Positions 51,841 through 64,000 of a stretch of 64,000 nucleotides of DNA are shown piece by piece. This stretch comes from Octopus sinensis. Its lineage: Eukaryota. The notes under the pieces were generated by a model that worked only from the letters and a program-made list of their open reading frames with translations, was not told where the DNA came from and did not search any database. Location: contig NC_043001.1 of NCBI RefSeq assembly GCF_006345805.1, forward strand, positions 77,748,001-77,812,000, given 5' to 3'. Positions within the stretch are counted from its first letter, which is position 1, and the number at the start of each line of letters is the position of its first letter. Position numbers and translations under genes: made by a program.

Positions 51841-52050
51841 GAGCTAAATATAGAGGGGACAAACAAGGACAGACAAAGGGATAAGTCGATTACATGGATC
51901 CAGTGCGTAACTGGTACTTATTTAATTGATTCCGAAAGGGTGAAATACAATGTCGACCTCGCCGGAATTTGAACAGAGAACGTAACGGCGGACAAAATAC
52001 CGCCAAGAATTTCGTCATGTGTGCTAGCGTTTCTGACACCTCGCCGCCTT
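51841..52050 (-). mobile_element. SINE family A
   Basis: Family A body on the minus strand. Confidence 0.88.
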
Positions 52051-52436
52051 AGTAAATATTTGTAAGTGTCTGGAGTGTTTACAAGTAACTCTAATTCCAT
52101 ACTACTTCACTAAAATGGTTAAAGACAATTGAGAAAGTAGTGAATTAAGGACTACGTCATCAATAGTTATGACAGTCTGTTGAGAATATAGTTGACAGAA
52201 CTTAGTGTATCCATATAACATGTAAGTGATAATACTATATACTTGATATTATCTTGTGTGTATCTGAGGGAGAGAGGGAGTGAGAGACTGAAGCCTAAGT
52301 TTAAAATGATGGTAATGATGATGACGATACTTATGATGGTGATGAACAAGAAAAGGAAGAAGAAGAAAGAGGAGGAAAAGGATGTGTGGCCTGCCTTTGT
52401 TCGTGCGATGTATGCATATAATAGCAGATTCGGAAG

Positions 52437-52474
<38 letters not shown>

Positions 52475-52497
52475 GTGTGTGTGTGTAGATATAAATA

Positions 52498-52608
<111 letters not shown>

Positions 52609-52659
52609 AATTCATTGACGTATACACACAGAGGTATAAATAAAAATGTTTAGTTAGTG

Positions 52660-52820
52660 GGAGGACCATCATATCGACTTCCCTGTCCAACTGGTACTAA
52701 TTCGCTCTAGTTGATAATAATCATAGGCTAGAACGACATGGACGGAATTTGAACTCAGAACGTAGCGACGGGCTAAGCATGTAGTCCAGTGTGCTACGAA
52801 TTCTGCCAGCTCGCCGCCCT
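52660..52820 (-). mobile_element. SINE family A, internally deleted; head abuts an (AAT)n/(GAT)n tract
   Basis: GGAATTTGAACTCAGAACGTA...GCCAGCTCGCCGCC. Confidence 0.8.
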
Positions 52821-52887
52821 GATAATAATAATAACAACAACAACAACAATAATAACAATGATAATAATGATGATGATGATGATGATG

Positions 52888-53365
<478 letters not shown>

Positions 53366-53394
53366 ATAATAAAAAAAAGTATGATGATGATGAT

Positions 53395-53780
53395 AAACAA
53401 AACCACAAAGATTGACTGTGTCAGAGACCTGTAAAATACTGTGAGATTTCCCAACCCAAATCGAACAGGTGTTTCAGCACAAGTCAGACCTTGTAGTGAT
53501 GGTGAATGTGATGGCGGGCAAAGTGAAGGCGAAGAGAATAGACATATACAATTTTCTTATATACGAGATAGCTCGACTGTGGAAAATGAGAAAGAGGAAG
53601 ATAGTGGCAATTATTGTACTGGTTTTGGGTACGATATCAGAAGTTATTAAGAGGAATATAACATAACCTGGTTATCGACCAATCAGCTTGCAGAAGTATA
53701 ACTCTATTGTTATTGGATGTTCTGTCCCATTCCAGATCTTGCCGGGTAAAAAGGGTGTAAAATGAGCAACATCGCGTTCA
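53395..53780 (+). mobile_element. Decayed REL LINE 3' end of a different subfamily
   Basis: ILWDFP...DRVFQHKSDLVVM...IARLWKMRKRKIVAIIVLVLGT. Confidence 0.7.
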
Positions 53781-54180
53781 AGCATAGCAGAGTGCCAGTG
53801 AGATGGTTGACTTTACTATACGCAGACAAAGACAGAAAGTACTTAAGAAGACAAAGTTCAGTGCCTGCAGGTCTAAACTAGTTAAATAAATAGTTGAGTA
53901 TGAAGAACAGAGTAGTTTTCCCGCCTCTTACACGAGACTATTCATATCTGTTATTAATATAAATACGAACTACTCAGCTTCTTGCACAATACACTGCTTG
54001 AAATTATCTATATAATTGTATAAATATTGTGAAATGCGTCTGTAAACATAAAATCATAAACATTGTTTGTCGGTTTTTAATATGGGACAGCATAAAGCCT
54101 AAAGGCTATACCAATATATCAATATCCAATTAACCTTTCTCCACAAATTTATGGCAAAAACTGAAGAAAACATCACTTAC

Positions 54181-54218
54181 CTGTCCAAGAGAAACTAAAA
54201 AATTCGATGAATGCTTTC
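54181..54218 (-). CDS. Candidate 38-nt exon of an unidentified minus-strand gene
   Basis: Acceptor CATTTTCTTCAG| and donor |GTAAGT; open in phase 1 (..KHSSNFLVSLGQ). No homology recognised. Confidence 0.3.
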
Positions 54219-54348
54219 CTGAAGAAAATGTCTGTCTACAATACCTTTATATTTCCCCAACACACAACCACTTTCGCTATAGCCACCAAAGAGAAAAGCA
54301 AAGGCTGTAACTCTTTTTTTAATGTCAGCTGGTAGGGGTGATACTCAC

Positions 54349-54594
54349 GAAAGATTCAGCTGATTGTGGCATTCATCCTACACGCCGCAACAGCTATAGT
54401 TCGACAGAATTCCACAAGTCGATATGCTCGGCCACTGGAAGAGTGCGTACAGAGCGGTTTCGTCCTCTTGCATGCATCTTTTACAGTACCGCCTGAAGGC
54501 ACTTTGATGCCAGCAGTTCCCTTTGGCGCTGCCAAACCAAAGAATTCTCCAACATTTGATTTCTTCTCTCAATCTTCTTATTCTTAATGCATCA
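54349..54594 (-). other. Candidate 246-nt exon; non-repeat and GC-elevated
   Basis: Acceptor AATATTTCAG| and donor |GTGAGT. One frame is open except for a single TAG at 54378-54380. Confidence 0.35.
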
Positions 54595-55372
54595 CTGAAA
54601 TATTGTAAATTTTCTTCAAATATTTATTCATTGAAGCATGATTTGCAAATTATTGGTGAAATTTGGTGAAATATTTGGGAGTAATTAATATTTTTCTGAT
54701 GGTGGTGGGGTAGTTAGTTTAATAATATAATGCATTTATTACTCCGCGTTTGTATAAGAGTAGTCTGTTAACTTTCCAGAGCAAATTCGACATCCAGGAG
54801 GCTTAAAAACTTTTACTGAGGTAAAATATTGGTTAGTTTGATTTTAAATCTTATCTCGCAAATAATTTTATAGAAGTTGTTTTGAGATTTGTCATATATA
54901 ATTTTAGTTGTTGAAATAAGGAAGGATGATAAAATAGTTCTCTCTCTCTCTCCACTAGTATATATATAAACTGTATTAGTATACATACACACATATATAT
55001 ACTGATAGTTCTTACGATTTTAATATGTATACAGATCGACTAAAGGATTAACATCCGCAAAGTCCTCCTGGCGTACCAGCATCAACCGCATCAAAAATAT
55101 CGGTATGCTGCTTTGGGCGATCTTATATGTGCATACACACACACACAGACCTATACACAAGCACACACGCACACATTTGGATAGATATTTACATACGTAG
55201 ATATATATGTCTGCATGTGTATGCGTCAATATGTGCCCACGCGCCTGAGTATGTGAGTGCGTGCATGTATGCAAGTGTATGCTTATATATATATATATAT
55301 GTCTGTATTTATCTATGTGCACTTGCGTGCGTATATGTGTGTTTATGTACATTCCTATATATCTATACGTAT

Positions 55373-55435
<63 letters not shown>

Positions 55436-55559
55436 CATCTATAAGCCAGTTAGTATATGTATTCATCTGACTTTTTCTGTATATATTATATACATAAATC
55501 ATATATATGATATATGATACATGATATACATATAAACACAAACACAGACTCAAGCCCCT

Positions 55560-55597
<38 letters not shown>

Positions 55598-55663
55598 TAT
55601 ATATATAATATAACAAATATATACATACATAAATGCATGCATCCACACACACACATACATATG

Positions 55664-55730
<67 letters not shown>

Positions 55731-55937
55731 ATATATATATATATAAAGATATATGTATATAGATAACTATGTCATCACAGTATGTGATAGTTATTTGAAA
55801 AAAGAGAAATCTCCACTAATTCTTTTTGCTATCAATATTATCTATCAATATTCATGTGCAGAACTGTCGTTCCAACGCGTTTAATTAAATTTATTTCCTC
55901 AAAACTCACAACAGCACACACGAAAGCTATTACTTAC

Positions 55938-55956
55938 TCTTAAACGGAGCCGCCAT
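55938..55956 (-). CDS. Candidate first coding exon ATG GCG GCT CCG TTT AAG A (MAAPFK)
   Basis: AAATGGCGGC start context (also a YY1-type motif) followed 19 nt later by a perfect GTAAGT donor, in unique sequence. Confidence 0.4.
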
Positions 55957-56089
55957 TTCTCAGTGCAAACATCGACACCATATTGATATATTTCGCTTTC
56001 GTTAATATAACTACCATTCCTTTTTGTTTAGTTCTTTGTTCGCGTTGTTTCCATTGTGATTGCTGTTATTGCTTATTCTTGTTTTATTG

Positions 56090-56090
56090 C

Positions 56091-56164
<74 letters not shown>

Positions 56165-56330
56165 TATTATATTATTATTATTATTATTATTACTATTATT
56201 ATTATTACTATTATTATTATTACTATTATTATTATTATTACTATTATTATATTATTATTATATTATATATATTATTATTATTATTATTATATTATTATTA
56301 TTATTATTATATTATTATTATTATTATCAT
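56090..56330. repeat. (ATT)n microsatellite
   Basis: Directly visible. Confidence 0.97.
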
Positions 56331-56627
56331 TACATACATATGTATATATATATATGTATATATATGCATGTATATGTATTTCTGCAGTTATTGTATTTGT
56401 TGAAAAGATAATAGTCATTGTCATTTTCGGAGTGAGATTCAAAACAAAAGATAGAAAATATGAAAATATAATAGAAACAATCAGAGACGCTGTTGGCCTT
56501 ATTTAATTGACTTCGCTGGTGAAGGTTAAAAGATCACCGGAAAACTAATCTTCTGAATGCTAGACGACTCTCTTAGTCAAGAGATCAAGAGAAGAAAAAT
56601 GGTGCATAGATTGTGTAAGAACATCAG

Positions 56628-56710
<83 letters not shown>

Positions 56711-56737
56711 GTATATTATATATATATATATATAATA

Positions 56738-56787
<50 letters not shown>

Positions 56788-56883
56788 GATATATATATGT
56801 ATATATATCGCTCTCTCACTCCGTCTGTCTGTCGGTCTGTCTCTATTTCTCTGCCAGTCTGTCTCTCCTTATATATATATATG

Positions 56884-57200
56884 TGAGGGCGCGTGGCTTA
56901 GTGTTAGGGCATTCGGCTCAGATCGTAGGTTTTGAGTTCGATTCCCGGCGACGCGTTGTGTCCTTGAGCAAGACACTTTATTTCACGTTGCTCCAGTCCA
57001 CTCAGCTGGCAAAAATGAGTTGTACTTGTATTTCAAAGGGTCAGCCTTGTCACTCTCTGTGTCACGCTGATTATCCCCGAGAACTAGTTAAGGGTAACGT
57101 GTCTGTGGAATGCTCATGCCATTTGCACGTTAATTTCACGAGCAAGCTGTTCCGTTGATCGTATCAGCTGGACCCTCGTCGTCGTAACCGGCGGAGTCTT
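56884..57200 (+). mobile_element. tRNA-derived SINE family D
   Basis: A box TGGCTTAGTGTTAG, B box AGTTCGATTCCC, central module, and a tail shared with 24486-24660. Confidence 0.87.
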
Positions 57201-57383
57201 TTTATATATATATATATATATATAAATATATAAGTAGATGAGTGTATTTTTACCTTGTTAACAATTAACACAGAAAAAATAAATAAATAGTTGCCAGGGT
57301 AGAAAAAATCTCACAAGTAAAGATGTTGTAACTCCTTGTTTATAAAGGTAGAAACTTCGTGTTTACGTTGAATATTTTGAATA

Positions 57384-57550
57384 ATATATGAATAAATAAA
57401 TGGAGTTTAACGCAGGTGTAATCAAATATTTTACCTTCGACACATGTTTCGAAAATTCCACTGATGCTCTAGTATCAGTGGAATTTTCGAAACCTTAGTC
57501 GAAAGTAAAAATATTTGATTACACCTGCGTTAAACTCCATTTATTTATTC

Positions 57551-57556
<6 letters not shown>
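57384..57556. repeat. Near-perfect ~84-bp-arm hairpin with a 4-nt loop
   Basis: ATATATGAATAAATAAATGGAGTTTAACGCAGGTGTAATC...CCACTGATGC-TCTA-GTATCAGTGG...GATTACACCTGCGTTAAACTCCATTTATTTATTCATATAT. Confidence 0.93.
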
Positions 57557-57583
<27 letters not shown>

Positions 57584-58024
57584 ATAATATATATATAATA
57601 TAATATATATATAGTATGCAACAACTGTGCATAATTTTCTCTCTAAGTTTAACTTCCTAGCCACAGTTTCTAGTAACCTATACATAAAAATATGTATGTA
57701 TGCATATATTTATACACATAAACACAGACACACACACACAGACACACACACAACACACACACATCATATATATATATATATATATATATATTGTAACCAC
57801 GAAATAGAACACCTTAGGAAAAGAATGAGAATATTTTTTAAAACCTGGTCTGTAGCGTCTTTCAGTTACAGTATTAAAACACCTAATTTCCTACATGTTG
57901 CTCTAGATTTGAAAGCAATACTTTCTACCTGTATCATAAGCCGGATGAGAAACTTAACTTTGTTAACTTTTCCTCCAATCACCACCACATTCAACTTAAA
58001 ATCTATTCGTCATTAGAGCGTAGT

Positions 58025-58148
58025 GCTCAACCCCATTGAAACTTCAAGACTTCTGGAAATCCCATGGAAATCAATGTATACAATGAGATTCTTTGCCCTA
58101 AGTGTTGGGACACACGGCAAGAAATGGAAGCAACATCGAAAGAAGATA

Positions 58149-58180
<32 letters not shown>

Positions 58181-58186
58181 ATGATG

Positions 58187-58241
<55 letters not shown>

Positions 58242-58392
58242 TAATAATAATAATAATAATAATATTATTAATAATAATAATGATGATAATGATGATGATG
58301 ATGATGATGATAATGATGATGATGATGATAATGATGATGATGATGATAATGATGATGATGATGATGACGACGACGACGACGATGATGATGAT

Positions 58393-58424
<32 letters not shown>

Positions 58425-58455
58425 CGACGACGACGACGATGACGATGACGATGAC

Positions 58456-58497
<42 letters not shown>

Positions 58498-59015
58498 AAA
58501 GACTTCAGACAAAGAACATGTCTCCTCTTTGATATGACCGTCCCAATCGATATAAACGTATCTGTCAAGACCTTCTAAAAACTGAGCAAATATAAAGATC
58601 TTGAAATAGAAATCAGCAAAATGTGGAACCTGAAGACTAAAACAATACCTGTTGTCATAGGTGCCCTAGGAATGATAGCAAAAGGGGCTGATTGCTACCT
58701 AACTCAGATACCAGGAAACCCCAAAATGGCAGAAATTCAAAAGATAGTGCTCATGGGAACTGCTCATTTCCTATGCAAAATACTTTCTATGTAATCTCAA
58801 GTTTTAAAACAAACATAATTTTCGTATGTTTTTTTTAAATTTTTTATTTAAAAAAAAATTTTTTAAACATTCACTAGTACAACATTAAATACGAAACCAA
58901 ATATATGGCACACTATGCATAACAACAACACGAATTTCCAACCTGTTGTCTCTTGAGGTCTCTGGGTGAGACTTGGAGCCAACTTGTACAAATATAAAGC
59001 AAAAGTCAAACATAG
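58025..59015 (+). mobile_element. Two REL LINE 3' ends (58025-58145 and 58497-59015) separated by an (AAT)/(GAT)/(GAC) tract
   Basis: KDFRQRTCLLFDMTVPIDINVSVKT..KLSKYKDLEIEISKMWNLKTKTIPVVIGALGMI...AEIQKIVLMGTAHFLCKILSM*. Confidence 0.9.
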
Positions 59016-59031
59016 AATAATAATAATAATA

Positions 59032-59109
<78 letters not shown>

Positions 59110-59110
<1 letters not shown>

Positions 59111-59302
59111 CATTTCTGCTACTGGCACACGAAGGGGAGGGGATTAGTCGATAACATCGAAGAAGTGTTTCACTGGTACTTAATTTATCAACCCCGATAC
59201 GTGAAATGCAAAGTCGGCCTCGGCAGAATTTGAACTCAGACATAGTGAAATACCGTTAAGTATTTTGTTCAGCGTGGTAACGATTCTGTCAGCTCGCCGC
59301 CT
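59110..59302 (-). mobile_element. SINE family A inside (AAT)n
   Basis: AAT repeats on both sides. Confidence 0.88.
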
Positions 59303-59429
59303 TAATAATAAAGATAATAATAATAATGCTAATGTTGATGATGATGATGATGATGATGATGATAATGATGATGATGATGATGATGATGATGGTGACAATG
59401 TTATTAATAAAATCAAAACTGTTGACAAG

Positions 59430-60005
59430 TGGTCTTAGAGCAACCCTAAGGCAGTAACTGAGAAAGAAAATGTAACGATTCTTTGAGACTTTCCAGTATA
59501 TACGGACAGAACTTTCAAAGCTATTGTTGTGAAAGACCAAAGCAATGAAGTTTGTTTAGTAATCGATATGAGTATTCCTTGTGTCCATAATATATCGGCA
59601 AAAGAATCGACTAGGTAAGAAAATATAAGATTTGTTTATTGAAATCGAAAAATGTAGTACCTGAAGGCGGTTGCAACACCAGTGATTATAGGAGAACTAG
59701 GAATGATCAAAAACATAACTGAACATTATTTCAGAAGAATCCCTGGTTTACCATCCATACAAGAAGTGCAAATGATTGCTTTAATTGATAAGTTACGTGT
59801 ATTGAAAAGAGCATTGTCGCTGTGAAAACGGTTACGAGCCATGTAAACTTTTTTTTTCTTTTCCCTTTCTTTTTGTTTTTCCCTCCCTCCTTTTATTCGT
59901 ATAATTTAAATTTGGAAGTGGCTTATAAATGTATACACTGACTTTCTTTTTTACCTTAGGTGTCGAGAAGACACTCGGCAAGAAATGGAAAAAAAATTAA
60001 AAGAA
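59430..60005 (+). mobile_element. Decayed REL LINE 3' end
   Basis: TI.WDFPVYTDRTF...IVVKDQ..EVCLVIDMSIP...PVIIGELGMI...IQEVQMIAL. Confidence 0.82.
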
Positions 60006-60019
60006 AAAGATAATAATAA

Positions 60020-60235
60020 TCCTTTCTGCTATATGCACACGGCCTGAAATTTTGGATAGAAGGGCTAGTCGATTACATCGAGTCCAGTGCGTAACTGGTA
60101 CTCAATTTATCGACCCCGAAAGGATGAAAGGCAAACTTAACCTCGGTGAAATTTGAACTTAAAACGTCAAGACAGACGAAATGCCGCTATGCATATTGCC
60201 CGGCGTGCTAACGGTTCAGCAAACTCGCTGCCTTA
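60020..60235 (-). mobile_element. SINE family A inside (AAT)n
   Basis: AAT repeats on both sides. Confidence 0.9.
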
Positions 60236-60260
60236 ACTAATAATAATAATAATAATAATG

Positions 60261-60292
<32 letters not shown>

Positions 60293-60325
60293 TAATATAA
60301 TAAATAATAATAATAATAATAATAA

Positions 60326-60881
60326 ATGCCCTGATGCAGTACCAGGCAGTGGCTCTCATGGCTTCTGATCTTAACTGATTGGAAGTGTTATCATGTACAT
60401 TGTTTTGTCTGGTATAAAAGATGGGCTACAGCAAATATTCTGCTCAATACCACAGATTTGCTTGTCAGTTGTTTGACCTTAACCAGTTGAGCATGTCCCT
60501 TAGTGGCTGACGATATGTGCATCTCTGATCACAAGCAGAAGTAGTGAGGGAGCATCATAGCCATGTGTTGAGAAGGATTCTTTGGGGTTTGAATAATTCA
60601 CCTCTGGAAACATGGGTGTTTCGTTCAACGTCCTTAAACAACCCTTATTCAGGGACCTTTTGAGCGGGATGGGTTACTCGATCTGAAGAAAATTCTAACT
60701 GGGCTCCACCTGCAAGGTCATGTGCTGTTTATCTTGATATGAGATCACCATGTCGCGCACATATGGTTGTAATGCATGTGCCTGGTGTACCCTTATCAGA
60801 CGGGTAGTCATGATGGGTACACTGGGCTTCGTATATTTTACCCCAGTGTCACTTTGATGGCATGCTCTGCTCGCTCACTCA
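60326..60881 (+). mobile_element. ~560-bp non-coding interspersed element, copy 3
   Basis: Homolog of 3971-4540, embedded in (AAT)n. Confidence 0.88.
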
Positions 60882-60959
60882 ATAATAATAATAATAATAA
60901 TAATCATAATCATGATAATGATAATTTCCACATAAGTGAATAATTTCCACTTATTCAGA

Positions 60960-62665
60960 AATTATTGACTGGAATAGTTACAGAGTCAATATACAGACAT
61001 CTGGCAAAAAAAATGGAATCCTGCCACATGAGCAGAGGGCTTGCAAGAGGTAGACAAAACTGTACATACAGACTGCTAAAAGAAGAAAATTAACTTAGCC
61101 ATGTCATGGATTGATTATCACCATTCGTACGATATGGTCCCACATTCTTGGATTATGGATTATATGAACCTATTTGGTATTGCTTCAAATGTTGAGTGAT
61201 TGCTTGGAAAAAGTAGGACGGAACTGATAGCTTATGGCAGAAGTTTAAGGACAATAGGAAACAGTTGAGGCATCTTCCAAGGGGACTGCCTTTCCTTACT
61301 GATCTCTGTACTGTACATGTTAACATTAACATAATTCTGAGGAAAGCAGAAGCTGTGTATGTATTCATGAGCTGCCAAGAAAAGGTCAACCACTTGTTTT
61401 TCATGGATGATCACAAACTTTATAGTAAAGATGAATCCTAGTCATTTCCTTCGTTGATACGGCGTATACTTTCAGTGCTGATATGAGAGTGGAATTCTGA
61501 CTGAAAAAGTGTGATGTGTTAGTCTTGACGAGAGGCAAAATCAAATGTATGGACGGGCTAGAGATACCGGCGGGGAGGTTATGAAGGAGATAGAAGAGAT
61601 GGGCTATAAGGTCTTGGATATAGTGGAAATGAATAAATTGATGGAGAAAGAAATGATAGAAAAATATAAAGTGGAGTAATTGGACAGATTGAGAGTGATC
61701 CTTAAGTCGAAATTGAAAGGACGGAATAAGATTGAAGCTATCAATACCTGAGCGGTTTCACTCCTTAGATATGGAGCAGGGATTATCGCATGAACAGTAG
61801 ACAAACTAAATAGCTTAGACAGAAAGACAATGTCGTTGCTGACTGATATGGGATACTCAACCCCCAAAATAACGCAGACACCTGTATGAACAAAAAAAAA
61901 ACAAGAGTGGGAAGAGGATTGATTGGATGTGAGCACAGCATTAGAGCAGAAGAAAATAATACAGCCACAATAAATTACATCAAATACAGAATAGACAACA
62001 CATCAGAAAAGGACAAGTGTAGAATTTGTGAACAAAATTGTGAAACCGTATGGCGTATTACCAGTCAATAAATGTCACGAGCCCAGAAAGAATATAAGAG
62101 ATATCATAACAACACAGCAAGTATTGTCTATTGGACACTTTGTAACATGTATGGACTTGGCAGAGAAAAAGTGGTACGAACATAAACCCGGCGGCATTAT
62201 CGAAATTGATAATACAAAGATCTTATGGGATTTTATGATTCAGTGCGTCCATGAGATAGAGAATAGGAAGCCAGACATAGTCTTAATTGACAAAGAAACC
62301 AAACTATGCTGGATCATAGATGTAGCATGCCCAGCGGACAAGGTAAGCGATAAGGAAGAAAGAAAAGTAGATGGATATGATAGGTTAGCTTTGGAGGTTA
62401 AGCCGTTGTGGTCGATGAAAAAGATGGTAGTAGTATCAATAATTGTCGGAACCCCGGGAACAATGAGTAAAAATCTTGAGAAGTACATGGAACAAATAGG
62501 AGTTGCAATAAGGGTGGAGCACTTTCAGAAAACAACACTCATTGGAACCGCTCGCATACACCGGATGGTGCTCGAAGAAATATGGGATGTTTCCCTATTT
62601 CAGTGGTAGTAAACAGTTGACTGTGTAGTACATCTCCAACGTTAGAAGCTGTGCAAAGACATCAT
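60960..62665 (+). mobile_element. 5'-truncated, internally deleted R4/Dong-like LINE: RT, CCHC knuckle and REL endonuclease
   Basis: NLAMSWIDY..SYDMVPHSWI; GIFQGDCLS; KVNHLFFMDDHKLYSK; KDKCRICEQNCETVWRITS; KILWDFMIQC.HEIENRKPDIVLIDKETK.CWIIDVACP (ORF 62028-62609); IIVGTPG. Confidence 0.92.
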
Positions 62666-62869
62666 AAAATTAATAATAATCACCCTTTCTACCATAGGCA
62701 CAAAGCCTATAATAATTATTATTTCTACTATGGATACAAAGCCTGAAACAATATAACATCTCTTCTCGCGGTGTCCTGTGCTGACACCGAACGAATACAA
62801 AAATCGCTACGATAGGGTAGGATAGTATTTGCATTGGAAAATATGTAAACGCTACAAAATCAGCACTCC

Positions 62870-63075
62870 TGCTTACTGGTATGAAGATCATCTTGAGCCA
62901 GTCGTTGAAGGTAAAACTGTCACTATCTTCTGGGGTTTTGAAGTCATCACGGACAAAACGATCCAGGCTAATCGACCAGACATAGTAATTAAAGACTGAG
63001 AAGAAAATACTTCTAGACTAATAGATGTAAGTTTTCCCACTGATAAATATATATCTGTAAGGAATTTGACAAATT
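62870..63075 (+). mobile_element. REL LINE fragment
   Basis: WYEDHLEPVVEGKTVTIFWGFEVITDKTIQANRPDIVIKD...LIDVSFP. Confidence 0.85.
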
Positions 63076-63213
63076 AAGTACTTAATTTATCGACTCGGAA
63101 AGAATGAGATGCAATGTCGACCTCGGCGGAATTTCAACTAGTAATGTAGTGGCAGACGAAATACCGCTAAGCTTTTTGCCCGATGTGCTAACGATTCTGC
63201 CAGCTCACCGCCT
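63076..63213 (-). mobile_element. SINE family A, partial
   Basis: ..GTCGACCTCGGCGGAATT...GCCAGCTCACCGCCTT, followed by (AAT)n. Confidence 0.85.
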
Positions 63214-63277
63214 TCATAATAATAATAATATAATAATAATAATAATAATATAATAATAATAATAATAATAATAATAA

Positions 63278-63540
63278 CCTGAAAACAGAAACAATTCCTA
63301 TCATAGTAGGTGCATTAGGCATGATAAAAAAATATTCAGACAAATACATAACAAAAACACCAGGACTTACGAACACATATAACATACAGAAAATTGCACT
63401 ACTAGGCACTGCACACATCCTACGCAGAACACTATCCATACAATAACCATCAGAGCATCACAACAAATCACAGCACATACCCAAGGCACACAGAGCTGCG
63501 CTCGGTAGTGAAGTGAAAGCACGCTATAAAAATAAAACTA

Positions 63541-63545
<5 letters not shown>
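63278..63545 (+). mobile_element. REL LINE extreme 3' end with (AAT)n tail
   Basis: LKTETIPIIVGALGMIKKYSDKYITKTPGLTNTYNIQKIALLGTAHILRRTLSIQ*. Confidence 0.92.
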
Positions 63546-63634
<89 letters not shown>

Positions 63635-64000
63635 CTCAGTAGGCATGATAGAGGCACAATATATTCACTGGGTAATTTGCAAAAACCTGGATTTGCCCCA
63701 TGAAAAAAACTGGTGGGAACACAATCCATCCCCTGTGCTTGAAAATGACCACATCTCACTCCTCTGGAACTTCACCATTCAAACTGACAGGAAGATAGAT
63801 GCAAATAGTCCAGACATTATATTGAAAGACTTCAGACAAAGAACATGCCTCCTCATTGATATGACTGTCCCAATCGATATACACGTATCTGTCAAGACCT
63901 ACCAAAAACTGAGCAAATATAAAGATCTTGAAATAGAAATCAGCAAAATGTGGAAGCTGAAGACTAAAACAATACCTGTTGTCATAGGTGCCCTAGGAAT
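63635..64000 (+). mobile_element. REL LINE fragment running off the window
   Basis: ENDHISLLWNFTIQTDRKIDANSPDIILKDFRQRTCLLIDMTVP; 63826-64000 is nearly identical to 58497-58670. Confidence 0.92.

Noticed and set aside
54780-54820. Plus-strand micro-exon (TTTCCAG|...GAG|GTAAAA; QIRHPGGLKTFTE)
   Set aside because: Weak donor, no partner exons found on that strand, and no recognised homology.

Overview
This is AT-rich, repeat-saturated animal genomic DNA with no intact protein-coding gene that I can recognise. The SINE families and the very high (TA)n/(CA)n/(AAT)n microsatellite density point to an octopus (coleoid cephalopod) genome; that assignment is my inference. Nearly every ORF in the supplied track is a microsatellite read-through artefact. 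Recognisable elements: decayed Penelope-like retroelements (RT + GIY-YIG, 1-2330; fragments at about 11.3 kb and 51.6 kb), a Chapaev3-type DNA transposon with TIRs and TTA TSD (26701-28290), a decayed piggyBac (40.6-42.2 kb), mariner remnants, a CR1-type LINE 3' end, a dense pile-up of R4/Dong-like REL-endonuclease LINE 3' ends in (AAT)n tracts (53-64 kb), and many SINEs of several families. Main finding: reading by eye gives seven type I hammerhead ribozyme loci (2175, 10548, 25309 minus, 36604, 44229 with its inverted twin at 42899, 49196, 51306) plus further decayed ones. Six of the seven have a perfectly palindromic stem III, and several carry unusual core variants. They sit in short (TA)n-associated elements arranged as partial tandem repeats (retrozyme-like units of about 390 and 475 nt) or as fold-back inverted repeats. 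A weak candidate for the 5' end of a minus-strand host gene lies at 54.2-56.0 kb. All calls were made by eye without database searches; boundaries are approximate unless stated exactly.
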